From the IMG/VR virus record IMGVR_UViG_3300028591_000176, positions 1 through 64,000 of that record: a stretch of DNA of 64,000 nucleotides, one strand, 5' to 3'. The translations under genes and the position numbers were made by a program. Below the pieces are notes generated by a model. The model searched no databases and was not told the origin of the DNA. It saw only the letters and a list, made by a program, of their open reading frames with translations. Each line of letters begins with the position of its first letter. Position 1 is the stretch's first letter. This DNA comes from a virus (lineage: Duplodnaviria; Caudoviricetes). Below are positions 8,623 through 17,477 of the stretch, in pieces.

Positions 8623-8658
8623 CACAAAATTTCATGTAAAAGTAAAAAGTAGTGTTTT

Positions 8659-8925
8659 ATGATTAAGGTAGAGGATGAAAGAAGATGGGCTTCGATATTA
8701 CAGATAGTCCAGTCAAGTCATTTAGACATTGTTATGGCGAGTTTGTCAAATGTGCTTGCAGAGATAAACAACGAATTATCGGTTACTGAAAAAGGTAGCA
8801 ATGAATATTTTCGTCTTACGCACCTTATGACGTTGTTTGGTGGTTGTTATTCTGCGATACGTGGTGCAGATGGAATAATCACAGGTATGGTCATTGACAT
8901 GTTGGATGGTTTGAAAGGAAAGTAG
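8659..8925 (+). CDS. Hypothetical protein (88 aa)
   Basis: First ORF after the promoter. Confidence 0.65.
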   Translation: MIKVEDERRWASILQIVQSSHLDIVMASLSNVLAEINNELSVTEKGSNEYFRLTHLMTLFGGCYSAIRGADGIITGMVIDMLDGLKGK

Positions 8926-8950
8926 ATGTTTCATGAAAAAATAGAATTAT

Positions 8951-9379
8951 ATGAAAGCGAATGAATTGATGATTGGCGACTGGGTATACAACACCCATAA
9001 TCGCCAGAACGAACAAGTCGCAGAAATAGGCAGCGGTCTTGTTATGCTTGCATACAATGACCTGTATGAGTATGACGAAATAGAGCCGATTCCTCTTGTT
9101 CCTGAAATACTTAAAAAAATGGGCTTTAAGGTCGAATTAGAGCCAAAGTATGACGACACTTACACGAAAGACGTGTATCTTGCCTATCTGAAATGTGTTG
9201 ATGCTAGAGGTTGCGATGTCGAGGTTAGATATGAAACTAGCGGCAATGAGTTGTCGGTGTTTAGTTCTGACAGGCGCAACATTCTTCCTTGTAAGATGGT
9301 TGACATGCAGGTTTGTTTTGCGCATGAGTTACAGCATATCTTTAATATGCTTCAAATTGACAAAGAGATTATTTTATAG
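8951..9379 (+). CDS. Hypothetical phage protein (MKANELMIGDWV...IEPIPLVPEILKKMGF type)
   Basis: N-terminal and IPL..EIL.K.GF motifs resemble a family I recall from Bacteroidota phages; function unknown. Confidence 0.75.
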   Translation: MKANELMIGDWVYNTHNRQNEQVAEIGSGLVMLAYNDLYEYDEIEPIPLVPEILKKMGFKVELEPKYDDTYTKDVYLAYLKCVDARGCDVEVRYETSGNELSVFSSDRRNILPCKMVDMQVCFAHELQHIFNMLQIDKEIIL

Positions 9380-9403
9380 ATATAGAATTTAATTTGTTTT
9401 ATT

Positions 9404-9778
9404 ATGGATTTAACATGTAAAGTAGTAAGTATTTTGCCTGAGCAGAGTTTTACTGGCAGGCAGGGTGAGTTTGTTCGTTTTGGGTTTGTCGGTGAGACTC
9501 AGGGTCAGTATCCTAAGAAGGTCAAGTTCGATGTGTTAGGTAGGGACAAGTGGGAGAAGTTATCTCCTTTCATTGTTCTTGGTTCTGACGTGCAGGTGTT
9601 CTTTGACGTGTCGAGTCGTGAGTATAATGGCAAGTGGTTTACCCAGTGTGATGCCTATAGGGTGTCTGTTATTGCTGCTGGTGCTAGTGCTACGGCGCAG
9701 GCTACTTCTGTTGCTCCTCCTGCTCCTGTTCAGCCAGCTGAATCTGCTGCCGATGCGCCTGATGCGTTGCCATTCTAG
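9404..9778 (+). CDS. Single-stranded DNA-binding protein, DUF3127-like
   Basis: OB-fold-like N-terminus (GETQGQYPKKVKFD, FDVSSREYNGKWFT), Ala/Pro linker, acidic DALPF C-terminal tip. Confidence 0.85.
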   Translation: MDLTCKVVSILPEQSFTGRQGEFVRFGFVGETQGQYPKKVKFDVLGRDKWEKLSPFIVLGSDVQVFFDVSSREYNGKWFTQCDAYRVSVIAAGASATAQATSVAPPAPVQPAESAADAPDALPF

Positions 9779-9788
9779 CTAGTTTATA

Positions 9789-10187
9789 TTGACTATCGTT
9801 CACGGAATCATGAGAAGGAAGGATATTCGCAGGGTTGCGCGTGATGCTGCTTTGCAGTCGTTATGTCGTGATTACCTTGGTCGTTTGCGTCATGTGGCTG
9901 ACAAGCATGGTCTTGGCGACTGGCTGCGTGGTTTGATAAAGAGCAACCGTCGTGGTGAGTGTCGTGGCACGGAGCATGAGGTTGCGATGTTAAGTCGTTT
10001 GTGTGATGATGAGCGTGTGCAGCGTCAGGATGTGCCGCGTGTTCTTGGTATGTCTTACCGTAAGGCTAATGATGGTGGTTTCTTTGACAAGGTAAAGCGG
10101 CTACGTCATGTAGGTGTGTACAGTAAGATTGGCGCGTTGTTGTTAGGTAGTGAGTTAAAGGCGTTGAGTGATGACAGCGAGCGTTAG
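9789..10187 (+). CDS. Hypothetical basic protein (132 aa)
   Basis: ORF packed between SSB and the first MTase. Confidence 0.65.
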   Translation: MTIVHGIMRRKDIRRVARDAALQSLCRDYLGRLRHVADKHGLGDWLRGLIKSNRRGECRGTEHEVAMLSRLCDDERVQRQDVPRVLGMSYRKANDGGFFDKVKRLRHVGVYSKIGALLLGSELKALSDDSER

Positions 10188-10818
10188 TGTCATGATGAAT
10201 TGCGACTGTATGGAGTACATGCGGCTCTTGCCTGATGGTTATTTTGCTCTTGCCGTTGCTGACCCTCCTTATGGTATTGGCATCGCGTCAAATCCTGTCA
10301 GGCAGGCTCATGTGCGTAAAGAGTGGGATAGTACCATTCCGTCTGACAAATTTTTCAGCGAGCTGTTTCGTGTCTCGAAGAATCAGATTATCTGGGGTGG
10401 TAATTATTTCGGGCTTCCTCCCAACAAGCATTTTCTTATATGGGATAAGCTACAGCCGTTTGATTTCAGTCTTGCGATGTGTGAATATGCATGGTCTAGC
10501 TTTGACAAGCCAGCTAAGATATTCAGGATGCGTGTTGTGTCTTCTAATGGAGTTAGCAAGATTCATCCGACACAGAAGCCTGTCGAGCTTTACGCTTGGA
10601 TATTACGCAACTACGCCAATGCTGGTGACGTCATTTTTGACCCAATGGTCGGTTCTGGTAGTAGTCGTATTGCTGCATATAAGCTTGGCTTTGATTTCTG
10701 CGGATGTGAGATTGACAAAGATTATTTTGACGCGCAAGAAGAAAGATTTAAGTCAGAGTGTCTTGGTGACATACAGGTGAGCAAAGAAAAAACAGTCAAA
10801 CAGCTAACTTTGTTTTAA
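10168..10818 (+). CDS. Orphan DNA amino-methyltransferase (beta class, N6/N4), ends QLTLF
   Basis: DPPY catalytic motif, HPTQKPVELY, SAM-binding DPMVGSGS, GCEID. No cognate endonuclease adjacent. Confidence 0.92.
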   Translation: MMTASVSVMMNCDCMEYMRLLPDGYFALAVADPPYGIGIASNPVRQAHVRKEWDSTIPSDKFFSELFRVSKNQIIWGGNYFGLPPNKHFLIWDKLQPFDFSLAMCEYAWSSFDKPAKIFRMRVVSSNGVSKIHPTQKPVELYAWILRNYANAGDVIFDPMVGSGSSRIAAYKLGFDFCGCEIDKDYFDAQEERFKSECLGDIQVSKEKTVKQLTLF

Positions 10819-10819
10819 T

Positions 10820-11584
10820 ATGATTGAGCTTAATAAAATATACAATGGCGATTGTCTTGATGTAATGCAGGGGATAGACGACAAAAGTGTTGATTTGATT
10901 CTTTGCGACCTGCCTTATGGCACTACGCCGCTAAAGTGGGATAGCATAATTCCTTTTGAGCCGTTGTGGGATGCCTACAAGCGCATAATAAAGCCTGATG
11001 GTGCTATTGTGCTGTTTGCCGTGCAGCCGTTCACCACGATGCTTATTTCAAGCAATATCGCCATGTGGAAATACAATTGGGTTTGGGTTAAGGACAATGG
11101 CACTAATTTTCTCAACTCTCATTTTCAGCCGTTAAAGATTACGGAGGACATTTGTGTCTTTAGTTTTAGTGCAGCATCACAGAACAGCAATCCGATGACG
11201 TATAATCCACAGATGCGTGAAGGGTTTGACTCATACGTACGTGTCAGGGGCGAGCGTAAGCCTAATGCGGTCACGCGTTCCAAATTGCAGCGTTGTACTA
11301 CAAACAACGACGGCACGCGTTATCCGACGAATATTTTGTATTTCAAAAGAGACAAAGAGAAGTTGCATCCTACGGCGAAGCCCGTTGACCTGTTACGTTA
11401 CCTCATTCGCACGTATACAGGCGAAGGCGGGCTTGTTCTTGATAATTGCGCTGGCTCTGGTAGCACTTGTATTGCTGCCATTCGTGAGAAGCGTAACTGG
11501 ATAGGCATTGAGCTTGATGAGGGTTATTTTAACCTAGCTTCCGAAAGAATTGCGCTTGAAAAACGGCAATTAACCTTATTTTAG
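10820..11584 (+). CDS. Second orphan DNA amino-methyltransferase (beta class), ends QLTLF
   Basis: DLPY catalytic variant, HPTAKPVDLL, DNCAGSGS, GIELD. Confidence 0.92.
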   Translation: MIELNKIYNGDCLDVMQGIDDKSVDLILCDLPYGTTPLKWDSIIPFEPLWDAYKRIIKPDGAIVLFAVQPFTTMLISSNIAMWKYNWVWVKDNGTNFLNSHFQPLKITEDICVFSFSAASQNSNPMTYNPQMREGFDSYVRVRGERKPNAVTRSKLQRCTTNNDGTRYPTNILYFKRDKEKLHPTAKPVDLLRYLIRTYTGEGGLVLDNCAGSGSTCIAAIREKRNWIGIELDEGYFNLASERIALEKRQLTLF

Positions 11585-11602
11585 TTAAATAACGCAAAAT
11601 AT

Positions 11603-11633
11603 TTTGTTGTATGGGATAAAATGCCTATCTTTG
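11603..11633 (+). promoter_or_regulatory. Consensus Bacteroidota promoter for the initiator/primase-helicase operon
   Basis: TTTG (11603-11606), 19-nt spacer, TATCTTTG (11626-11633). Confidence 0.8.
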
Positions 11634-11654
11634 CAAAAGAAAAAAACGATTCGA

Positions 11655-11786
11655 TGCGCTGCCAGCTACAATAGGCGCAAAGAACGAGAGATACATGTTA
11701 TAACAATCTTGCCTACGCGGGTGGTATGATGTTAGAGTAGCTGCTGACGGATTATCACCCGCAGGCTTTTAAAAACAGCTACAATG
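11655..11786 (+). ncRNA. Candidate structured 5' leader (two hairpins with complementary loops)
   Basis: Hairpin 1 loop CAGCTAC (11663-11669), hairpin 2 loop GTAGCTG (11737-11743), and a second CAGCTACAAT overlapping the start codon (11776-11785). Confidence 0.55.
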
Positions 11787-12692
11787 GATTTTAACAGAGA
11801 ATGTTTTACGTTTCATGCAGGTTGGTACAATGCCGTTGCCACGCTTGATAATAATGTCAGGCTTGAGGTGTATGATGCCATTATGCGTAAGGCGTTGTTT
11901 AACGAGCCGCCAAGCCTTTCTGTTGCGGGGCGTGTTGCTATGGCTTTCATTGAGCCGCAGTTGGAGCATGATACCGACAAATGGCTTATGGTGCGTGAGA
12001 AGCGCAAGGAGAGTGGAAAGAAGGGCGGGCTAGCAAAAGCTAGCAAATGCTACCAAATGCTACCAAATGCTAGCATTTGCCAGAACGCGCCCGCGCAAGA
12101 AAGTGTAGACACTATTATGTCTAGTCCTATCAGTAATAATTATAATATTATACACGAAGATAAAGACAAGGACGTATTAATAGAAAAAGAAAAAGAAACA
12201 CACAAAGAACAAGAAAAGGCTGCGCTTGAAGAAAAGAAAGAGAAAGACAATCTTTTTGAGAAATGCTGGGTGGCTTACAATCGCAAGGGCAGCAAGAAGA
12301 AGGCGCGTGCGCAATGGGACAAGCTCAGTCAGAAAGACCGCGAGAAGGTTATGCCGCACATAACGGCATACGTTAGCAGTCGTGAAAGACAGTTCCAGCG
12401 TGACTTTGAGCGTTACATCCGTGACAAGACTTTCTTGGATGTTATCACCAAGGGCAACAGCGTTGTCTTTGACCCGTCTTTTGATGGCGGTGCGGAGTAT
12501 CGTCCTTTGACTGACGGGAACATCCACTGGAATGACTTTCATAAGTGTTATATCTACGTCGGCATGTTCTATGATAACATCATCGACGGGTATACGGATG
12601 ACAACCGCCCTGATGGTGCTTGTATAATGTTGAACAATGCGCGTGGCACATTGGTGTGGCGTGCAGAAAGAAAAGAATGGGAGAAGATATGA
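11784..12692 (+). CDS. Putative replication initiator/organiser (DUF6291-like N-terminus)
   Basis: N-terminal FTFHAGWYNAV...RLEVYDAIM pattern, low-complexity charged linker, helical C-terminal domain. Sits upstream of the primase-helicase. Confidence 0.6.
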   Translation: MDFNRECFTFHAGWYNAVATLDNNVRLEVYDAIMRKALFNEPPSLSVAGRVAMAFIEPQLEHDTDKWLMVREKRKESGKKGGLAKASKCYQMLPNASICQNAPAQESVDTIMSSPISNNYNIIHEDKDKDVLIEKEKETHKEQEKAALEEKKEKDNLFEKCWVAYNRKGSKKKARAQWDKLSQKDREKVMPHITAYVSSRERQFQRDFERYIRDKTFLDVITKGNSVVFDPSFDGGAEYRPLTDGNIHWNDFHKCYIYVGMFYDNIIDGYTDDNRPDGACIMLNNARGTLVWRAERKEWEKI

Positions 12693-12892
12693 AGACGAAG
12701 AATTGTTTTTTCTGCGGCGAGGAGGTCAGGTGGAATAGCGATGCAATGGCAAACGAGATTCTTACTGGCTATGATAAAGATGATACGGCTGTAGTTAGCT
12801 TTTTCACCTGCCCAAGATGTGGGCGTTCGTATAGGGTTGCAGACCCTTCGCAAGAGGAACGTGAGAACGAATACCGTGAGTACTATTGTTAA
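12689..12892 (+). CDS. Small zinc-finger protein (67 aa)
   Basis: ATG at 12689 overlaps the upstream TGA; CFFC...CPRC pairs. Confidence 0.7.
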   Translation: MKTKNCFFCGEEVRWNSDAMANEILTGYDKDDTAVVSFFTCPRCGRSYRVADPSQEERENEYREYYC

Positions 12893-12901
12893 ATATAAAA
12901 T

Positions 12902-14989
12902 ATGGATGTAAACGAAATAAGAAAGTGGCACGATACGTTCAAACGCGAAGATGAATTGTTTGAAATACGTATATTGGGTGACAGAACTTGGAGCGGCTAT
13001 TTTTACGATGTAGAGAGCGCGATAAAGGCACTTGAACCATTTGATAATGCCAATATTTATTATTCTGTCAACGAAGTCAAAAAAGCATGCGCAAGCCGCG
13101 ACCAATTCAATTGCTTTAGACAGGTTAAAGGAACTGCTACAAGCAAGCAGGATATAGCGCACCGTTGGTGGTTGCCTATTGATGTGGATTGTGAGCGTCC
13201 AAGCGGCGTTAGCTCAACGGATGCAGAAAAAGCAAAGGCACACAAGAAGGCACAGGACGTATTTGTTTTTTTGCGTGACAATGGCTTTAGCACGCCAGTC
13301 GTTTGCGACTCATCAAGCGGCTATCATTTGCTTTATCCTATTGATATGGATAACACACAAGAAAGCGAAGATGTTATTAAGGCTTTTCTTGAAATCCTTG
13401 CGAACAACTTTACTGATGAGAGCGTTAAAATAGACACAGTTTTGCATGACGCAAACAGGATACTTCGTTTGTCTGGAACTTTCGGTCGCAAAGGGCGTTC
13501 AAGCGAAGAACGTCCGCATCGTCTTGCAAAGATTCTTGCAGTACCTAAAGACTTTCGTCGCATGACAGCTTCTCAGATAGAGAGTTTTAACGAGAAGTAT
13601 TCGATAAAGATAGAGCAACCTCAACGGCGGGCTTATAACGCAAACGAGGCTTGCCCTGAATTTAATTTGCGCGATTTTATTCAAAAATATGGTATAGAGA
13701 TTGCGAAAGAAGTCCCAATTAGCGGAGGAGGAACGAAATACGTTCTAGCCCATTGCCCATTTGATGAAGGACATAAAGCTCCTGATTCTGCTTTGTTTGA
13801 ACTTCCTAACGGTGCTATTGCTTTTAAATGCTATCATAATTCTTGTTCGCAATATGATTGGCGTGCGTTTAGGCTGCATTTTGACCCCCACGCATACGAC
13901 CATGAAAGTGAGCCACGGCAATACGCGAAACAAATACCGCAGCCGCGCCAATATGCCGTTCAAAAGCCTAAATATGTGATAAAGGACGAGTCGCCAGAGT
14001 TAGGCGGCAAGTGGCTTTCTTTGTCCGACATAAAAAAGGTAGACCTTTCGCAGATAGAGACCGTGAAGACAGGGTTTGCCGAACTTGACAGGGCTATCGT
14101 CGGACTGAACATGGCCGAGGTCACGTTGCTTAGTGGCAGCAATAGCTCTGGAAAATCTTCATGGCTAAATACCCTTATCCTTAATGTCATCAATCAGGGT
14201 ACAAAGGTCGCGCTGTGGTCAGGCGAGCTGCCAGACTATATTCTGAAAACGTGGATACAGATGGTTGCTGCTGGCAAACGCAACTTGCGCCTGTCTCAAT
14301 TTAAGGAAGGCAAATATTATGTGCCTGATAACATTGCTGCGCACATCGACCAATGGCTTGATGGGAAATTCTTCCTGTACAACAATGAATATGGCAACAC
14401 ATGGGAGCAGATATTCCATGACATGAATGAATTGCTAAAACTTGGAGTTAAATTGTTTGTACTTGACAACCTTTTTAGCCTTAATATCGACCTGCTTGAA
14501 GGTGACAGGAATAACAAGCAGAAAGAACTTATATTGCAGATTAAGGAGTTTGCGAAAAAGAACAAGGTACATATCATTCTGGTTGCGCATCCTAGAAAGG
14601 CGATGACATTCCTGCGCAAGAATGACATTAGTGGTACTAGCGACTTAACTAATGCCGTCGATGATGTGTTCATCATACACCGCGTTAACAATGACTTTTT
14701 GCGCACTGGCGAGGAGTTCTTTGGCAAAGGTTCTATGAGCCGCTTTGAAAGCTATGGAAATGTGGTCGAGGTTGCAAAGAACCGTATGTATGGCGTTGTA
14801 GACCTTATGGTTGGGCTGCACTATGAAATAGAAAGCAGGCGGTTTAAGAACAGCATCGATGAAGATTTAAGATACGGGTGGGAGGCAGAGCCGCAGCAAC
14901 AATCCTTTGAATACAACGAACCAGCACCGCAGGAAAGCGATGATGGCCTGCCTTTTGCTGCCTTTACTGATAGCAATGCCCCATTTTAG
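12902..14989 (+). CDS. Primase-helicase fusion: AEP-like primase, Cys/His linker, SF4 (DnaB/T7 gp4-like) helicase
   Basis: DVD and SSSGYHLLY primase motifs, HCPF...CYHNSC, Walker A GSNSSGKS, Walker B FVLDNL, LVAHPRK, DISG, VAKNR. Confidence 0.85.
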   Translation: MDVNEIRKWHDTFKREDELFEIRILGDRTWSGYFYDVESAIKALEPFDNANIYYSVNEVKKACASRDQFNCFRQVKGTATSKQDIAHRWWLPIDVDCERPSGVSSTDAEKAKAHKKAQDVFVFLRDNGFSTPVVCDSSSGYHLLYPIDMDNTQESEDVIKAFLEILANNFTDESVKIDTVLHDANRILRLSGTFGRKGRSSEERPHRLAKILAVPKDFRRMTASQIESFNEKYSIKIEQPQRRAYNANEACPEFNLRDFIQKYGIEIAKEVPISGGGTKYVLAHCPFDEGHKAPDSALFELPNGAIAFKCYHNSCSQYDWRAFRLHFDPHAYDHESEPRQYAKQIPQPRQYAVQKPKYVIKDESPELGGKWLSLSDIKKVDLSQIETVKTGFAELDRAIVGLNMAEVTLLSGSNSSGKSSWLNTLILNVINQGTKVALWSGELPDYILKTWIQMVAAGKRNLRLSQFKEGKYYVPDNIAAHIDQWLDGKFFLYNNEYGNTWEQIFHDMNELLKLGVKLFVLDNLFSLNIDLLEGDRNNKQKELILQIKEFAKKNKVHIILVAHPRKAMTFLRKNDISGTSDLTNAVDDVFIIHRVNNDFLRTGEEFFGKGSMSRFESYGNVVEVAKNRMYGVVDLMVGLHYEIESRRFKNSIDEDLRYGWEAEPQQQSFEYNEPAPQESDDGLPFAAFTDSNAPF

Positions 14990-15018
14990 CATCTTTTATA
15001 TTAAAAATCATTAAATAA

Positions 15019-15050
15019 TTTGGAACGTATCAAATAATATCCTAACTTTG
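15019..15050 (+). promoter_or_regulatory. Consensus Bacteroidota promoter
   Basis: TTTG, 20-nt spacer, TAACTTTG. Confidence 0.75.
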
Positions 15051-15091
15051 CACCACAATTCACTTAATTATTAATTAATACACCTTATCGC

Positions 15092-15568
15092 ATGAAACCA
15101 AAAATTAATGTATCAGATGAACTTGCAAAGCTTTGCGAGAAATTTAAAGAGGATTCCGATTTCCTTGCCGTGTACAAGAATGGCAATCAAGTGGAAATCG
15201 CACTTATGGGCAATGATGACGATTTGCCTGAAATGTTTTCAAGGATGATTGAGGACTATCTGAACAACACCGATGCAGAAGGTATCCAGAAGGTTGCAAA
15301 CATCATCATTACGGCTGTTGAAAAAGTTCTTTCCAAACACGGCTTGGCAAGTTTGGGGTTAACGGTGCGCCTTACCGAAGCCATTGTCAAGAGCGTAACA
15401 AAGACACCAAAGCCTAGCAAGAAAAAGGCAAAGAAAGAAGACGAAGAAGATGACAAAGACTGTGAAAGCTGCGAGTTCCTGAAAGAATGTACTCTTAGCG
15501 AAGCAGTAGCCACACGCAAGCGTCTTGGCATCCCCAGACCTAAGAAGGCAAGGAAAAACAACGAATAA
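15092..15568 (+). CDS. Hypothetical protein with CxxC..C motif near a charged C-terminus
   Basis: 158-aa ORF after the promoter. Confidence 0.75.
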   Translation: MKPKINVSDELAKLCEKFKEDSDFLAVYKNGNQVEIALMGNDDDLPEMFSRMIEDYLNNTDAEGIQKVANIIITAVEKVLSKHGLASLGLTVRLTEAIVKSVTKTPKPSKKKAKKEDEEDDKDCESCEFLKECTLSEAVATRKRLGIPRPKKARKNNE

Positions 15569-15570
15569 CG

Positions 15571-15984
15571 ATGGAAAAGCCGACGTTATACTATAAGGAT
15601 GAAAAAGGCAGGTATCGGGTTTACGAAGAACCTGAGCCTGCTTTTGACAATCGCCTGTTTAGACGTGTCGTGCGTGGAAAGAAAGTCGAGTACAAGCCTT
15701 GTTCAATGCTTATGACCAACGACCTTGAAGAAGGAGTATGGGTTGTAGTTAAGCATGAGGGCAGTAAGTCTTTCACAAGCGGAAAGTACATGAACGAACG
15801 CTACATGCTCTTAAAGGCTAGCGATATTCAGGAAGTATCTCTTTCAAAGCTCGGCGGGATGGAACGGCTTGCCAACCACCTATCTCGCCACTGGCAGGAC
15901 ATCCCAAAGGGATTGTCTATCTATGACACATGCTGCGCCATTGTCGGTCTGCTTTTTAAATACGAAAAGGAAAAGGAAGCATGA
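15571..15984 (+). CDS. Hypothetical protein (137 aa)
   Basis: Packed ORF. Confidence 0.75.
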   Translation: MEKPTLYYKDEKGRYRVYEEPEPAFDNRLFRRVVRGKKVEYKPCSMLMTNDLEEGVWVVVKHEGSKSFTSGKYMNERYMLLKASDIQEVSLSKLGGMERLANHLSRHWQDIPKGLSIYDTCCAIVGLLFKYEKEKEA

Positions 15985-15989
15985 TAAAC

Positions 15990-16068
15990 GCCCGTAGGCG
16001 CGTTAAAAACACAAAGGTGGGCAACTATACTACATCATGGGCAAAAGCCCGCCAAAACGGCTTAAAAT
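15990..16068 (+). repeat. Dispersed ~80-bp intergenic element, copy 2, with phased A-tracts
   Basis: Matches copy 1 (inverted). A4 tracts at 16043, 16054, 16064 and 16075 (spacing 11/10/11). Confidence 0.75.
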
Positions 16069-16091
16069 AGCCTTAAAACGAATTTTGAACG

Positions 16092-16493
16092 ATGGATATA
16101 AACTTTCTAGGGCATATAGATGGGATACGATACACGGAAACTGCTGCTATCGTTACCGCAAGCGAGAGAAGGAAAGGGTTCAGAAAGTCCGATGGAACTA
16201 TCGTGGATGATGAAATACTTACTTTCCGATTCTTGTTCAAGCCCTATTTCAAAAGCTATATCAGCAAACATTTCAATTCTGGCATGCTGGTAAAGATAAA
16301 AGGAGTCATGCTGCCTTATGCAAAAGACCATCAGGGCAACATCATTGATGGTTTCACGTTGCTAGGGCAGACGATTGACATGGCATCTTATCAGACGAGC
16401 AGTGTTAAAGCTGAAAAGAGAATGATGAAAGAGTCGCAAGCGGCAAGCAATGAGACGCCAGACCTAGACGGATTCCAGCAGCCAGATTTTTAA
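16092..16493 (+). CDS. Second SSB-like OB-fold protein (putative)
   Basis: INFLGHI...GMLVKIKG pattern resembles SSB strands; acidic C-terminus DLDGFQQPDF. Confidence 0.5.
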   Translation: MDINFLGHIDGIRYTETAAIVTASERRKGFRKSDGTIVDDEILTFRFLFKPYFKSYISKHFNSGMLVKIKGVMLPYAKDHQGNIIDGFTLLGQTIDMASYQTSSVKAEKRMMKESQAASNETPDLDGFQQPDF

Positions 16494-16527
16494 CGATATT
16501 TTGTTTAACAAAGATAATTGCGCAATT

Positions 16528-16878
16528 ATGAAAAAGGAAAAGACATTTGAAACGCCGCAGGAAGAGATTGCTTACCTGCGCAAACAGAATGCTGGGCTAC
16601 GCGGCTATTGCCGAAAGCTTGAACAGGAAGTTGAACGCTTCAAGCGTTTGGACAAAGAAGGTGATGAGCTGAACGAAAAACGCCTTGCAGAGTGCGAGAA
16701 CTACCTTGCTGCCCTAAGTACAAAGGACAAGGTTATTACCGAGCTGACCAAGAAGTTGCAGCGTGCAAACGAAAAGAACATTGAGCTTACTGGCGACAAT
16801 AGCCATCTTCGTGAAGAGTACGGAAAGGTCAAGGCTTTCATGGCGTTGCCGTGGTATAAAAGGATTTTTGCGAAATAG
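16528..16878 (+). CDS. Coiled-coil hypothetical protein
   Basis: Heptad-rich sequence ending LPWYKRIF; ATG at 16528 preferred over TTG at 16501. Confidence 0.7.
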   Translation: MKKEKTFETPQEEIAYLRKQNAGLRGYCRKLEQEVERFKRLDKEGDELNEKRLAECENYLAALSTKDKVITELTKKLQRANEKNIELTGDNSHLREEYGKVKAFMALPWYKRIFAK

Positions 16879-16913
16879 GATTCTGCCATAAGGTTAATTG
16901 TTTTGAGAAGGGT

Positions 16914-16952
16914 GAAGCCCGCTGTCCTCACGGATGACGGGCTTCCTTTTTA
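16914..16952. terminator. Intrinsic terminator between convergent modules
   Basis: GAAGCCCG...CGGGCTTC stem followed by a T-run. Confidence 0.7.
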
Positions 16953-16991
16953 ATCGTATAAAAAATAGAACAGAAAAGAAGTAGTACACCT

Positions 16992-17477
16992 TTATGATGA
17001 TGTTTGTGGTGCGTCTAGAGTGTGTAACGTAAGTGTTCCTAGGATATATGAATCATTTCCGCGACCGAGCTTCACCGTAGTCGGCTTGTATGCCGAAAGG
17101 CACACGCAATGAACATACTTGTTCCCCATGTATCCGCTTTGAATCCACACATCGCTGTCTGTCATGTATTTGACAAACGTGTCATGTGTCGCCTGAGCGT
17201 CAAAGTTTAGCGATGACGAATACCTATTGCCTACAATAAAGGTGATGGAAATGTCCACGTTCTCACGTACGACTACTGGCTGATTACTCTGATTTACCGT
17301 GGTTATCAGGAAATCCTCTGCCTGCTCATTCACCCATTGCGCCGTGTAGATGTTCACTGGCTTGCCTAGTTCCAGAAAGCCATCCATCTTTAGAATCCTT
17401 ACGCCGCTGAACTGTGTCTCGATGTCTTGAAAAGTCCCACTCGCACTATTCTTGACTTGATATATTGGTTTGTTCAT
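16992..17477 (-). CDS. Tail-associated protein downstream of TMP (distal-tail-like, putative)
   Basis: Position after the TMP, about 160 aa, beta-rich. Confidence 0.5.
   Translation of the reverse strand: MNKPIYQVKNSASGTFQDIETQFSGVRILKMDGFLELGKPVNIYTAQWVNEQAEDFLITTVNQSNQPVVVRENVDISITFIVGNRYSSSLNFDAQATHDTFVKYMTDSDVWIQSGYMGNKYVHCVCLSAYKPTTVKLGRGNDSYILGTLTLHTLDAPQTSS

Noticed and set aside
8141-8652. Two plus-strand ORFs of 80 and 100 aa
   Set aside because: They translate simple-sequence A/T tracts and GT/AT dinucleotide runs upstream of the real promoter at 8615.
10168-11584. Complete restriction-modification system
   Set aside because: No endonuclease is adjacent; flanking ORFs are small hypotheticals, so the MTases are treated as orphans.
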